This document shows positions 20,667 to 32,617 of a DNA stretch of 64,000 bases, piece after piece. The position numbers were made by a program, and so were the translations under genes. Location: the NCBI GenBank assembly GCA_963714975.1, contig CAVQQD010000003.1:96001-160000 (forward strand), given 5' to 3'. Under the pieces are notes generated by a model, which was not told the DNA's origin, did not search any database, and worked only from the letters and a program-made list of their open reading frames with translations. The DNA comes from an uncultured Gammaproteobacteria bacterium (GTDB lineage: Bacteria > Pseudomonadota > Gammaproteobacteria > JAURND01). Numbering within the stretch: the first letter of the stretch is position 1; every line of letters starts with the position of its first letter.

Positions 20667-21143
20667 ATGGATATTAATGCCACCCTTATTGGTCAGATGA
20701 TCACATTTGCTGTGTTCGTCATTTTTACTATGAAATATGTCTGGCCACCGCTTACTAAAGCTTTACAAGACCGAGAAAAAAAAATAGCTGATGGCTTGGC
20801 GGCAGCAGAGCGGGGCGAGCATAGTTTGCAATTAGCGCAGCATAAGGCGGTAGAAATCTTACAGCAAGCGAGAGAGTCTGCGGCTAAAATCGCGGAGGAT
20901 GCGCAAAGCCATGCGGCAGACATTATTAGCAAAGCTAAAGATAGCGCTGATGTGCAGGCCAAGCATATTATCGCGAATGCCCAGGCTGATATAAAACTCC
21001 AAATTACCCAAGCCCAGCAACAATTACAAAAAGAGACGGTGGACTTAGGCCTGGAAATTGCCAAGAAGGTGGTCGGTGACCAGATGAGACTTGATGAAGA
21101 TGCGCAGAGAAAATTCGTGGAAAAATTGGTCGAGCGATTATGA
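20667..21143 (+). CDS. atpF: ATP synthase F0 subunit b
   Basis: [10 protein letters not shown]...KYVWPP...IADGL. Confidence 0.96.
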   Translation: MDINATLIGQMITFAVFVIFTMKYVWPPLTKALQDREKKIADGLAAAERGEHSLQLAQHKAVEILQQARESAAKIAEDAQSHAADIISKAKDSADVQAKHIIANAQADIKLQITQAQQQLQKETVDLGLEIAKKVVGDQMRLDEDAQRKFVEKLVERL

Positions 21144-21673
21144 TAGAAAATTCTGCAGTCCGACCCTATGCTAAAGCGGCTTTTGAATTTGCCCAACAGC
21201 ATCAGGTGCAAGCCCAATGGACGATTATGCTCGACACCATGGCCAAGTTTATTGCTCAAACTGAAGTGCAGCAATTTTTGAAAAATCCTCGCTATACCGC
21301 GGCAGAACGTTTACAGATGTGCCTCAGTTTGGGCGAGTCCTGCCTTGATGAGCCGGGCGCCAATTTTATACGCATTTTAGCTGCGAATAATCGTTTGGCA
21401 ATTTTACCTAGTATTGCCGAGCAATTTGCTGCTTATCAAGCAGCGGCTGAGAAAGTGTTGCCGGTGCGGGTTAAGTCTGCTGTACCCTTGAATGAAGCTA
21501 TTTTAGAAAAATTAAGCGCAAAATTAGCAGCGAAACAACAAAGTCGAATTAGCTTAAAAAATGAAGTTGATCCTAATTTGCTGGGGGGCTTAATGATTTA
21601 TTTGGGGGATCGGGTGATTGATGACTCCTTATTAGGGCAATTTGCTCGCCTGCGCGAGACGGTAATAACATAA
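21140..21673 (+). CDS. atpH: ATP synthase F1 subunit delta
   Basis: [16 protein letters not shown] and VIDDS. Confidence 0.96.
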   Translation: MIENSAVRPYAKAAFEFAQQHQVQAQWTIMLDTMAKFIAQTEVQQFLKNPRYTAAERLQMCLSLGESCLDEPGANFIRILAANNRLAILPSIAEQFAAYQAAAEKVLPVRVKSAVPLNEAILEKLSAKLAAKQQSRISLKNEVDPNLLGGLMIYLGDRVIDDSLLGQFARLRETVIT

Positions 21674-21696
21674 CGATTTGCAACGAAGAGGTATCT

Positions 21697-23251
21697 ATGC
21701 AACTGAGTTCTGCTGAAATCAGTGAAATTATTAAACAACGCATTGCTAGTTTTGAACCTGGACCGGAAATTCGCACCGAGGGGAGCATTCTCAGTATCAA
21801 AGACGGCATTATCCGTATTTATGGTCTTTCCGATGTTATGCTGGGAGAAATGATCGAGTTCCCTGGCGATGAGAAAAACGAACGCATTTATGGTTTGGCT
21901 TTGAATTTGCAACGTGATTCAGTGGGTTCTGTGGTGCTGGGTCCTTATGAACACCTCGAGGAAGGGCAGATAGTTAAGTGCACTGGGCGCATTCTGGAAG
22001 TTCCAGTGGGCGAAGCGTTATTAGGTCGGGTGGTCGATGCGTTGGGTAATCCTATCGATGGTAAGGGTCCGATTAATGCCCAACAAACCTCCCCGATTGA
22101 AAAAGTAGCGCCTGGGGTGATTGCCCGCCAATCGGTTAGCCAGCCAGTACAGACCGGTCTGAAGTCGATTGATTCTATGGTGCCGATTGGTCGCGGGCAG
22201 CGTGAGTTCATTATTGGCGATCGCCAAACCGGTAAAACTGCAGTGGCAATCGATACGATTATTAATCAAAGGGGTACGGGAATAAAATGCATTTATGTGG
22301 CGATAGGGCAAAAGGCTTCGTCGATTGCATCCGTGGTGCGTCGCCTTGAAGAACATGGAGCTATGGAGCACACCGTTGTGGTTTCGGCCACCGCCTCAGA
22401 TCCCGCGGCGTTGCAATTTATTGCTCCGTACTCGGGTTGCGCCATGGGCGAATATTTTCGTGACAATGGGCAAGATGCCTTAATCATTTATGATGATCTC
22501 ACTAAGCAAGCTTGGGCTTATCGGCAAATTTCCTTGCTATTAAAGCGTCCACCCGGGCGAGAAGCCTATCCGGGTGACATTTTTTATTTACATTCACGCT
22601 TATTGGAGCGTGCTGCGCGAGTGAATAAAGAATATGTGGCAAAATTCACTGATGGCAAGGTGACAGATAAAACCGGTTCCTTAACCGCATTGCCCATTAT
22701 TGAAACCCAAGCTGGCGACGTTTCTGCTTTCGTGCCGACTAATGTTATTTCTATTACCGATGGTCAAATTTTCTTGGAAACGGATCTTATTTAATGCCGG
22801 TATTCGTCCCGCCATTAATGCTGGGCTTTCAGTATCTCGGGTCGGTGGCGCCGCGCAAACTAAGATTATTCGTAAACTTGGCGGTACGGTACGTTTGGCC
22901 TTAGCGCAATTTCGTGAACTCGAAGCCTTTTCTCAGTTTGCCTCGGATTTGGATGAAGCCACGCGTAAACAATTAGAGCGCGGGCAGCGTGTCACTGAAA
23001 TGTTGAAGCAGCCCCAATATCATCCTTTAAGTGTGGCGGAAATTGCCATTAGTTTATTTTGTGTCAACGAAGGTTATTTAGACGATGTGGAATTAAAAAA
23101 AGTGGTCGATTTTGAGCGTTCGCTACATGAATTTTTGCGCGCTAAATATGCAGATTTTATGCAAGAAGTTAACGAAAATCCGGTGTATTCTGATGAGGTA
23201 GCGCAGAAGTTTACACAAATTTTGAAGGAATTTAAGAAGACACAAGGGTAA
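21697..23251 (+). CDS. atpA: ATP synthase F1 subunit alpha, split by an apparent +1 indel near 22787-22790
   Basis: GDRQTGKT and [10 protein letters not shown] in ORF 21697; [10 protein letters not shown]...VSRVGG continues in ORF 22700. Confidence 0.93.
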
Positions 23252-23261
23252 CTAATCACTC

Positions 23262-23312
23262 CATCGTCCCGCGGACAATCCCGCGATCAAGTCGTGGGAG
23301 CGGGATGACGGG
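23262..23312. repeat. REP-like palindrome between atpA and atpG
   Basis: CATCGTCCCGC...ATCCCGCGATCAAGTCGTGGGA GCGGGATGACG. Confidence 0.55.
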
Positions 23313-23324
23313 ATGGAGAAAGAG

Positions 23325-24185
23325 ATGGCTGGTAGAGAAATTCGCACAAAGATTGCGTCCATCAAAAGCACCAAAAAAATTACCAAAGCGATGGAATTGG
23401 TGGCGGCAAGTAAGATGCGTAAAGCACAATTGCGGATGAGCGCTTCTCGCCCCTATGCCCAAAAAATGCGTCAGGTCATCGGACATGTTGCGGCTAGTCA
23501 TTCTGAATATCGCCATCCTTATTTAAATAAGCGGGCCCAAGTCAAACGAGTTGGATTTATTGTGATATCCAGTGATCGAGGCTTGTGTGGCAGTTTAAAT
23601 GTTAATTTATTTAAAGAGTTATTGCAGACGGTACGTGATTGGCATGAAAAAGATGTTCCAATCGATTTATGCCTGATTGGAACTAAGGCGGAGAGTTTTT
23701 TTGGCCGCTTCCACATGAATATTACGGCAACAGCTCAGCATTTGGGGGATGCTCCCAAAATTACTGACTTGATTGGTGTCGTGAAACTCATGCTCGATGC
23801 CTATGACCAAGGGCAAATTGATGCACTGTACCTAGGGTTTAATCGTTTTGTGAACTCGATGATGCAGGAGCCGGTTATTGAGCAATTATTGCCGTTGGAA
23901 GTGGGAGCTGGGGATGAAAGGATGGGTTACTGGGATTATATTTACGAGCCGGAAGCACGCGATGTATTGGAGCTATTGTTAGTACGTTATATCGAAACCC
24001 AGGTTTATCAAGCGGTAGTAGAAAATGTGGCCTGCGAACAAGCAGCGCGAATGGTGGCGATGAAAAATGCGACAGACAATGCAGCTCAATTAATTGACGA
24101 GTTGCAACTGGTGTATAACAAAGCCCGTCAAGCTTCCATTACGCGTGAAATTGCAGAAATTACTGCGGGGGCAGAGGCGGTGTGA
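23325..24185 (+). CDS. atpG: ATP synthase F1 subunit gamma
   Basis: [20 protein letters not shown] and [13 protein letters not shown]. Confidence 0.97.
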   Translation: MAGREIRTKIASIKSTKKITKAMELVAASKMRKAQLRMSASRPYAQKMRQVIGHVAASHSEYRHPYLNKRAQVKRVGFIVISSDRGLCGSLNVNLFKELLQTVRDWHEKDVPIDLCLIGTKAESFFGRFHMNITATAQHLGDAPKITDLIGVVKLMLDAYDQGQIDALYLGFNRFVNSMMQEPVIEQLLPLEVGAGDERMGYWDYIYEPEARDVLELLLVRYIETQVYQAVVENVACEQAARMVAMKNATDNAAQLIDELQLVYNKARQASITREIAEITAGAEAV

Positions 24186-24221
24186 CACGCATCGGTTCTT
24201 TCTCCCTTATTGGAATAAAAT

Positions 24222-25760
<1,539 letters not shown>

Positions 25761-25770
25761 GCTTCGGCTA

Positions 25771-25905
25771 ATCCTTCTCCCCTGGTGGGAGAAGGTGGCC
25801 GAAAGCCGGATGAGGGGTAATGTCGAGGGTTTATGAGAGGGGTGCTTGATCAAGCTCGCCCCTCATCCGGCCTTCGGCCATCTTCTCCCACCAGGGGAGA
25901 AGGAT
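25771..25905. repeat. Inverted pair of family A REPs between atpD and atpC
   Basis: ATCCTTCTCCCCTGGTGGGAGAAGG...GGATGAGGGG and its reverse complement. Confidence 0.85.
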
Positions 25906-25945
25906 TAATGTCTGAGGTTTATAAGAGAGAGGGGGTACACACCCT

Positions 25946-26374
25946 ATGGCAGCAATGACATTTCATCTTGATATCGTAAGTGCCGAAGCGCAAATTTTTT
26001 CCGGACTAGTGGAAATGATCGTAGCGACAGGTACTTTAGGCGAGTTGGGAATTTATCCTGGGCATACTCCTTTGATTACCGGCTTAAAGCCTGGATTTAT
26101 TCGGGTAATCAAGCAAGGGGGCGAGGAAGAAATATTCTACATTTCAGGGGGAATGCTAGAAGTGCAGCCCACCGTAGTGATGGTATTGGCTGATACAGTG
26201 GAACGGGCAGATCATCTAGACGAAGCGGCTGCTTTAGAGGCCAAGGCCCATGCCGAAAAAATGTTATCGGATAAAACCGCAACTTTAGAATATGCACAAG
26301 CGCTGGCAGAGCTGGCCGAAGCTGCTGCTCGACTAAAAGCGATTAGTCAATTAAGAAAAAAAATCAAACGTTAA
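25946..26374 (+). CDS. atpC: ATP synthase F1 subunit epsilon
   Basis: [18 protein letters not shown] and SGGMLEVQP. Confidence 0.96.
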   Translation: MAAMTFHLDIVSAEAQIFSGLVEMIVATGTLGELGIYPGHTPLITGLKPGFIRVIKQGGEEEIFYISGGMLEVQPTVVMVLADTVERADHLDEAAALEAKAHAEKMLSDKTATLEYAQALAELAEAAARLKAISQLRKKIKR

Positions 26375-26394
26375 GGTGGACGCAGGCATTGAAA

Positions 26395-26481
26395 CCCTTC
26401 TTCCCTGGTGGGAGAAGGTGCCGCAGGCGTAGAAATCCCTTCTCCCCTGGTGGGAGAAGGTGCCGCAGGCGGATGAGGGGG
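26395..26481. repeat. Tandem pair of family A REPs
   Basis: CCCTTC(T)CCC(C)TGGTGGGAGAAGGTGCCGCAGGCG occurs twice. Confidence 0.85.
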
Positions 26482-26489
26482 ATATTAAT

Positions 26490-27863
26490 ATGTCATTAAG
26501 TATCGTAATTCTCGCAGCAGGTAAAGGCAAACGGATGCGTAGCGGCTTACCCAAGGTGTTACATCCCTTAGCCGGGGTGACCTTGCTGGAGCGCGTGGTG
26601 CACACTGCCGAAAGCTTAGGGCCAGAAACAATTTATGTGGTCTATGGCAATGGCGGGCAACGCATCAAATCGGAAATGACGCATCTTCCCGTACATTGGG
26701 TAGAGCAAAAAGAGCAATTAGGTACCGGACATGCGGTGCAACAAGTATTACCCCAGTTACGGGCAGAGGATCAAGTATTAGTTTTGTATGGCGATGTGCC
26801 CCTCATTTCCAAAGAAACATTACACCAGCTGCTCGCGAATACCCCCAAAAATGCCCTCGGTTTAGTGGTTGCAAAATTCAAAGATCCCACGGGGTTTGGT
26901 CGTATTATCCGCAATCGCATGGGTAACATCATTGCTATCGTCGAAGAAAAAGATGCGGATCCTTTGCAAAAAAATGTGCAAGAAATTAATACCGGTATTT
27001 TGACAACTTCGGCGGCGCATTTACAAGAGTGGTTGCCGTGCTTATCTCAAGATAATTCCCAGCAGGAATTTTATTTGACCGACATCATTTCTATGGCCGT
27101 TGCCAATGGCTATTCGGTGGGAGGGATTTGGGCGCATCAATCTGAAGAAGTGCGTGGGGTCAATAACTTATATGAATTAGCAAATTTAGAACGATTTTAT
27201 CAATATCAAAAAGCAACGGAATTTATGTTAAATGGTGTGACCATTTTGGACCCGTATCGCTTTGATTTGCGTGGCGATGCGGATTTGGCCGTGGATGTCA
27301 CTATCGATATTAATGTGATCTTAGAAGGCCAGGTTTCTATTGGTGCTAACACTAGCATTGGCGCCAACACCATTTTGCGCAATGTAAAAATTGGTGAGAA
27401 CGTAAGAGTGGAATCCAATTGCGTCATCGAAGACAGCATTTTGGATGATTATTGCATGGTCGGGCCCTTTGCCCGCATTCGTCCTGGTACGCATATTGCC
27501 CGTGGCGCTAAAGTAGGAAATTTTGTTGAAATCAAAAATACTTTATTGGGCGAAAACAGCAAAGCTCCGCATTTAAGTTACTTAGGTGATGCAACGATTG
27601 GTAAAAATGTGAATTTAGGCGCCGGTACCATCACTGTAAACTATGATGGCGCTAATAAACACCGAACTATTATTGAAGACGGGGCTTTTGTCGGTTGTGA
27701 TTCCCAGTTAATTGCCCCGGTGACTATTGGTGAGGGCGCTTATATTGCTGCGGGCTCCACTATCACCAGTAGTGCCCCCCCGCATCAATTGACGGTTGCA
27801 CGCGCTAGGCAAAGGACAGTTGAAGGCTGGCAACGTAAACGTCGAAAATTACCTGCGACGTAA
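26490..27863 (+). CDS. glmU: Bifunctional UDP-GlcNAc pyrophosphorylase / GlcN-1-P acetyltransferase
   Basis: LAAGKGKRMRS-PKVLH, GTGHA, hexapeptide repeats, HLSYLGDA and NYDG. Confidence 0.97.
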   Translation: MSLSIVILAAGKGKRMRSGLPKVLHPLAGVTLLERVVHTAESLGPETIYVVYGNGGQRIKSEMTHLPVHWVEQKEQLGTGHAVQQVLPQLRAEDQVLVLYGDVPLISKETLHQLLANTPKNALGLVVAKFKDPTGFGRIIRNRMGNIIAIVEEKDADPLQKNVQEINTGILTTSAAHLQEWLPCLSQDNSQQEFYLTDIISMAVANGYSVGGIWAHQSEEVRGVNNLYELANLERFYQYQKATEFMLNGVTILDPYRFDLRGDADLAVDVTIDINVILEGQVSIGANTSIGANTILRNVKIGENVRVESNCVIEDSILDDYCMVGPFARIRPGTHIARGAKVGNFVEIKNTLLGENSKAPHLSYLGDATIGKNVNLGAGTITVNYDGANKHRTIIEDGAFVGCDSQLIAPVTIGEGAYIAAGSTITSSAPPHQLTVARARQRTVEGWQRKRRKLPAT

Positions 27864-27905
27864 GCCAATGCGGGGAGAAGGATCATACGAACCTGTTAGG
27901 GCAAG

Positions 27906-29129
27906 ATGATGATATTAAACAAAACTGAGATAGCAGATTCTTTAGCCTTACTCAAACGGGGTACGGTAGAAATCTTGTTGGAACAAGAGTTAGTAGAGCG
28001 TCTTAGTAGTGGCACGCCATTGCGAGTAAAGCTTGGCCTGGATCCCACAGCACCAGATTTGCATTTGGGCCACACCGTGGTGATTAATAAATTAAAACAA
28101 TTTCAAGATTTAGGTCATGAAGTTCTGTTTTTAATTGGTGATTTTACCGGGCGGATTGGCGATCCATCAGGTAAAGATGAAACTCGCAAGCCGCTCACTG
28201 AGGAACAAGTGCTGGCTAATGCCAAAACTTATGAACAGCAAATTTTTAAAATTCTCGATACAGAAAAAACTCAAATTTTATTTAATTCAATGTGGATGAA
28301 AGAAAAATCAGCCGCAGATTTGATTCAATTAGCAGCAACGCATACCGTAGCCCGCATGTTAGAGCGAGATGATTTTAGTAAGCGTTTTGCCGCGCACCAA
28401 CCCATTGCTATTCACGAATTTATTTATCCATTATTGCAAGGTTATGATTCTGTCGCGATGCAGGCGGATGTGGAATTAGGTGGTAACGATCAAAAATTTA
28501 ATTTACTGATGGGTCGCGAGTTGCAAAAACATTTTGGTCAAAAACCCCAAATAATTTTAACGACGCCATTATTAGAAGGATTAGATGGCGTACAGAAAAT
28601 GTCGAAGTCGTTGGGAAATTATATTGGCATTGCAGAACCTGCAGATGACATGTTTGGAAAATTAATGTCGATTTCTGATGAGTTAATGTGGCGGTATTTA
28701 GAGTTACTCAGTTTCCGTTCTATCGCCGAAATTAATCATTGGCGTGCAGAAGTACAATCAGGCGCCAACCCGCGCGATATTAAAGTTGCATTGGCCATGG
28801 AAATTGTCACGCGCTTTCATGATTCGACCACAGCTGAGCAAGCCTACCAAAATTTTGTCGCCCGTTTTCAACGCCACGAAATTCCAGCAGATCTTCCTGA
28901 GCAAGTTATTACCTGTAAAGAAGAATGTTTTATCTCGCAGTTGTTAAAGCAAGCAGGTTTGGTCAGCAGTACTTCCGAAGCTATTCGCTTGATCCAACAA
29001 GGAGGTGTTAAAATGGATGGGGAGCGCATTGAAGATCCTCAGTGTCGCATTTCTTTTAATGAAGCGCATGTGTATCAAGTAGGGAAAAGACGCTTTGCGC
29101 GGATTAAAGCACTGGAGAAAAAAATATGA
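27906..29129 (+). CDS. tyrS: Tyrosine--tRNA ligase
   Basis: [24 protein letters not shown] and a C-terminal S4 domain. Confidence 0.97.
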   Translation: MMILNKTEIADSLALLKRGTVEILLEQELVERLSSGTPLRVKLGLDPTAPDLHLGHTVVINKLKQFQDLGHEVLFLIGDFTGRIGDPSGKDETRKPLTEEQVLANAKTYEQQIFKILDTEKTQILFNSMWMKEKSAADLIQLAATHTVARMLERDDFSKRFAAHQPIAIHEFIYPLLQGYDSVAMQADVELGGNDQKFNLLMGRELQKHFGQKPQIILTTPLLEGLDGVQKMSKSLGNYIGIAEPADDMFGKLMSISDELMWRYLELLSFRSIAEINHWRAEVQSGANPRDIKVALAMEIVTRFHDSTTAEQAYQNFVARFQRHEIPADLPEQVITCKEECFISQLLKQAGLVSSTSEAIRLIQQGGVKMDGERIEDPQCRISFNEAHVYQVGKRRFARIKALEKKI

Positions 29130-29327
29130 AAAACTTGGGTATTAGGCGTTGCTATTGGTTTAGGGATTGGGCTGTACAAAGCGAAGCAAGCAACCGCGCC
29201 AGAACCTTTGCTTAGGTCTGCTCTGACCTAGCGAGCGGCGGAACTGTGGTAAATCGCGTTCTAAGAAAGTACGGATAAAATCCTGGCGCCAGGGCACACT
29301 CTAATTAAATTAGCGAGGAGAGAAAAG

Positions 29328-29807
29328 ATGTCAGAATGTATAAGTGAGGTATTTAAAACAACCCCTGGGAGTGGAATTGGTGCAATAACGTCTGGGGCTA
29401 CTATGATGTGTTTTGTTGGTTTGGCCATGAAATATGATGAAGCGTTTTTTTTCTTGGGGGCTTTTTTGGCCGGTTTTATCTTTTATGCTCTTGCTAAAAT
29501 GGCTGCAGATAAGCTACTGAATAAGTGTATCCCTGAAAACACTTCTCAAAAGGACAAAGAAAATCAAGAAAATTTTTTTTCTGGGTCTAGCTTCATAGTG
29601 GTAATATCTGGAGCAGCTTTGGGAGCGATTGGCCTAGTAGGGCTGAGAGGAAGCGAAGCAGGTTATATTTTTTCTGAGGGTGATCTTTGCTTGCTTTATG
29701 CTGGAGTTTTGGCTTTAAGCGCTGTCATTGGTTTAGCGGTAGGGCTTTATAAAGCAGCAGGTCAGGTGCGAGAAGCAGCGTCACCAGAAAGCCCTCTACT
29801 AAAGTGA
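29328..29807 (+). CDS. Hypothetical 4-TM membrane protein
   Basis: GAGGAG RBS; four hydrophobic segments; no family recognised. Confidence 0.7.
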   Translation: MSECISEVFKTTPGSGIGAITSGATMMCFVGLAMKYDEAFFFLGAFLAGFIFYALAKMAADKLLNKCIPENTSQKDKENQENFFSGSSFIVVISGAALGAIGLVGLRGSEAGYIFSEGDLCLLYAGVLALSAVIGLAVGLYKAAGQVREAASPESPLLK

Positions 29808-29809
29808 TG

Positions 29810-29928
29810 CACCACGATTTTGCCTCTCCCCTTTTGCTGATTTCAAGTTTACCCCTCATCCGCCCTTTCGGGCACCTTCTCCCACAAGGGGAGAAGGATT
29901 TTTACGCACAAAGATGGTGAATGATTAC
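29810..29928 (+). mobile_element. Internally deleted composite MITE ending TGGTGAATGATTAC
   Basis: Left part matches 6357-6378; right part matches the reverse complement of 13176-13268. Confidence 0.7.
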
Positions 29929-29930
29929 AA

Positions 29931-31292
29931 TTACATCGTTATGTCGCTACTAGGAGGGGAAGTAGGGATTTTTTCAAGACTAGAACCACCAAAAGGCGAA
30001 CTAGTAGAATAATATATCCTTGGGTTTGCGTTCAAAGGGCTTGTAGGTTCTACATAACCAGGGGGTAGCTTTGGGGTCACTGGGGTGGGTGTAGATGTTG
30101 AGCGAATATCTTCTTCTGAATTAGTTGTTGTGAGTGATGCAATTAACGGTTTTGTTTCCTCTTTGTGCATTTGCTTATGCAATGGAGGGGCAAGCTTCTC
30201 CTGCCGATTATAAATAATCGCATTACCCGTACGTGAACCTGCCGCAGCGCCGCCAATAAATCCGGTAAAGATAAAAATAATTGCTCCGCCAATTTCCAGA
30301 TGCGCTATGCTGAGCAAAGCGGGTTTTAACAGGAAAACGGCCAGGGTCCCCCCGCCAATGGATAGACCAATGATGGCTCCGAGTACAGTTCCCCAATATT
30401 CCTCATGACGATCAACCAGCGGATCATCTGTACACCCAATCCCAATCACTCGGTCGTATAACTGTTGATTTTGTTCGGGCAATGTGTCGCGCATTTTGCG
30501 CATTTTCCAATAGTGGCAAACACAAAACTCACTCACTTTGACCACATAATCACTAACCGAGCCAGCAAAGCTGATAAAGGTGGGAAAAAATACCGCCGCT
30601 ATTGGCATGAAGCTAAGATTGCTGATATAGACACCAATAAAGCCAGGCACGCCCAATGTGGGCAAGATATTGCCATAAAATAGCGCAAGCGCAATCCCGG
30701 TTCCTAACAAGACACCAATACGCATCCCCCATTTTTCATAGAGTGGCCTGCCTTTTGCCACCATACGATTGGTGAGGCCAGATCCCCAGGCAATTCCAGT
30801 AAGGACGCAGAGAAAATAGGCCACGTAATTAAAATGATCTTGTTTGAGTTCTTTGTCGAACGGATCGACCAGCATGGCAATGGAAACTACAACCCCCAAT
30901 AATGCGCCACATAAGGTCCAAATTGCATTAAGCCAGGCTAATTTTTGTTCGTCCTTCAGAGCTAATTCTTCTTTTAGGCTTAAGGTAATTTTTTTACTTG
31001 TCGATAGTTCAAGAGTTTCTTGCGCCTTCAATGCTTGTTCGACTGATTGAATAACTCGACTAATATAGGTAAATCCAGACAACAGCAATGTGATATAAAA
31101 AGGGGCAAGAAAAGCAGCGCCAATAATATCGAGCCATGTTTTAGCGCCTAAAGCGTAGGCAATCGCGGCATAGCTGACATCGGCAATGCACAGCAGCAGG
31201 CTAAAACCCCAGGCAAACAAAACTGCATGATAGTAATGGCGATGGGAGCGGTCGAAGGAGGTGTTCATTTTTTTTATAGTTGGCATGGGCAA
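29931..31292 (-). CDS. Hypothetical multi-pass membrane protein with a Ser/Thr/Pro-rich tail
   Basis: About 8 hydrophobic segments and a low-complexity C-terminus; start uncertain. Confidence 0.7.
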   Translation of the reverse strand: MPMPTIKKMNTSFDRSHRHYYHAVLFAWGFSLLLCIADVSYAAIAYALGAKTWLDIIGAAFLAPFYITLLLSGFTYISRVIQSVEQALKAQETLELSTSKKITLSLKEELALKDEQKLAWLNAIWTLCGALLGVVVSIAMLVDPFDKELKQDHFNYVAYFLCVLTGIAWGSGLTNRMVAKGRPLYEKWGMRIGVLLGTGIALALFYGNILPTLGVPGFIGVYISNLSFMPIAAVFFPTFISFAGSVSDYVVKVSEFCVCHYWKMRKMRDTLPEQNQQLYDRVIGIGCTDDPLVDRHEEYWGTVLGAIIGLSIGGGTLAVFLLKPALLSIAHLEIGGAIIFIFTGFIGGAAAGSRTGNAIIYNRQEKLAPPLHKQMHKEETKPLIASLTTTNSEEDIRSTSTPTPVTPKLPPGYVEPTSPLNANPRIYYSTSSPFGGSSLEKIPTSPPSSDITM

Positions 31293-31336
31293 ATATAACT
31301 GAAGGTGGTTCGCTTAGGATGTAATCGCTACGCAGA

Positions 31337-31714
31337 TCAAGCCATAAACGTTGAGTCTTCACGAGTTTGATCAGGATCATACCTAGTTTCTTCATGGTTT
31401 TCATCTTGCTGGCGCAGTTCCATAATTCGAAAGGCACTAGGGAGAAAATTCCAAAGAGCAGTTAGGATAAAAAAAATACCTAGAACTATTCCCGGGGTGG
31501 GGCGCATTGGTCCCCAATCCAATTTTTGTTGAGCAAAATAATTAATTTCGGAAAAAACTGGTTGATTGAGTATTAGTTTCGCTTTCCCTTGCGAGGCGGC
31601 AATCAAATCGGCACTTAGCAGAAAAAGTAAGGTAGCAAGAAAGACGGTTACTTCATGTTTACCATAACGAGAAAGATGCGCGCAGATTTTTTGGCATTGC
31701 ATTTGAGGCCTCAC
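31337..31714 (-). CDS. Hypothetical 2-TM protein
   Basis: Two hydrophobic segments and an acidic C-terminus. Confidence 0.55.
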   Translation of the reverse strand: MRPQMQCQKICAHLSRYGKHEVTVFLATLLFLLSADLIAASQGKAKLILNQPVFSEINYFAQQKLDWGPMRPTPGIVLGIFFILTALWNFLPSAFRIMELRQQDENHEETRYDPDQTREDSTFMA

Positions 31715-31845
31715 TTATGATTGTTTTTAGTTGTAAGTCCTTTTTACGCAAGTAATTTTTTTAAGGGGTGATTATTTCATCTTAATGCAATTGTGACAAT
31801 ACTGTACTAAGATGTGACAGTTGTCGCTATTAACGGAAGTTTTTT

Positions 31846-32532
31846 ATGCCGCATATTGAAAAACACCGGACCTCTTCTGCTACTTTGCGTGATTTTGTGC
31901 TTGGCATGTCCGATGGCTTAACGGTTCCCTTTGCCTTAGCTGCTGGCTTGAGTGGTGCATTAAACTCTGCGTCGATTATCGTGTTGGCGGGATTAGCAGA
32001 AATTGTTGCTGGTGGGATTGCAATGGGGTTAGGCGGTTATTTAGCTGCTAAAACCGAGGCTGATCATTATCAATCCGAATATTGTCGCGAAATGCTGGAA
32101 GTGGAAGAAGTCCCACACGTCGAAGCGGAAGAAGTTGCAATCATTCTGCAGGAATTCGGGTTACAAGAAGCGCAAATTCCCCCGGTTGTGAATGCAATCC
32201 AGTCAAATCCGCAGAAATGGGTTGATTTTATGATGCGTTTTGAGCTAGGCTTAGAAAAACCCGATCCGAGGAGGCTAATACTGAGTCCACTGACTATAGG
32301 TGCGGCTTATGTGTTAGGAGGGTTAGTGCCACTTATACCTTATATGTTTTTCCATAGGGTGCAACAAGGGTTATTGTATTCAATCATCGTTACCTTGCTT
32401 GCATTATTTTCTTTCGGCGCATTTAAAGGACACTTTACGGGTCGTAATAAGGTGCGTTCCGCATTACAAACCACAATTATTGGTGCAGCTGCTGCTGCCG
32501 CTGCATTTGTAGTGGTTCGCTTATTGAATTAA
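31846..32532 (+). CDS. VIT1/CCC1-family Fe/Mn transporter
   Basis: RDFVLGMSDGLTVPFALAAGL, AMGLGGYL and FMMRFELGLE. Confidence 0.92.
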   Translation: MPHIEKHRTSSATLRDFVLGMSDGLTVPFALAAGLSGALNSASIIVLAGLAEIVAGGIAMGLGGYLAAKTEADHYQSEYCREMLEVEEVPHVEAEEVAIILQEFGLQEAQIPPVVNAIQSNPQKWVDFMMRFELGLEKPDPRRLILSPLTIGAAYVLGGLVPLIPYMFFHRVQQGLLYSIIVTLLALFSFGAFKGHFTGRNKVRSALQTTIIGAAAAAAAFVVVRLLN

Positions 32533-32617
32533 GCCATCCAAGGCCCTAATTAAAGGAGGTGTGTGCAGCCCTTCGGGCGGATGAGGGATTTGGCTTGTAT
32601 TGGCGCGAGGTAGAGAA

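Noticed and set aside
22780-22800. Programmed ribosomal frameshift in atpA (and glnA)
   Set aside because: There is no canonical slippery heptamer and no precedent known to me for these genes; assembly error is simpler.
29931-31714. ORFs 31337-31714 and 29931-31292 as one frameshifted gene
   Set aside because: Stops occur in both reading frames across the 44-bp gap, so one indel does not cleanly join them; left as two genes.
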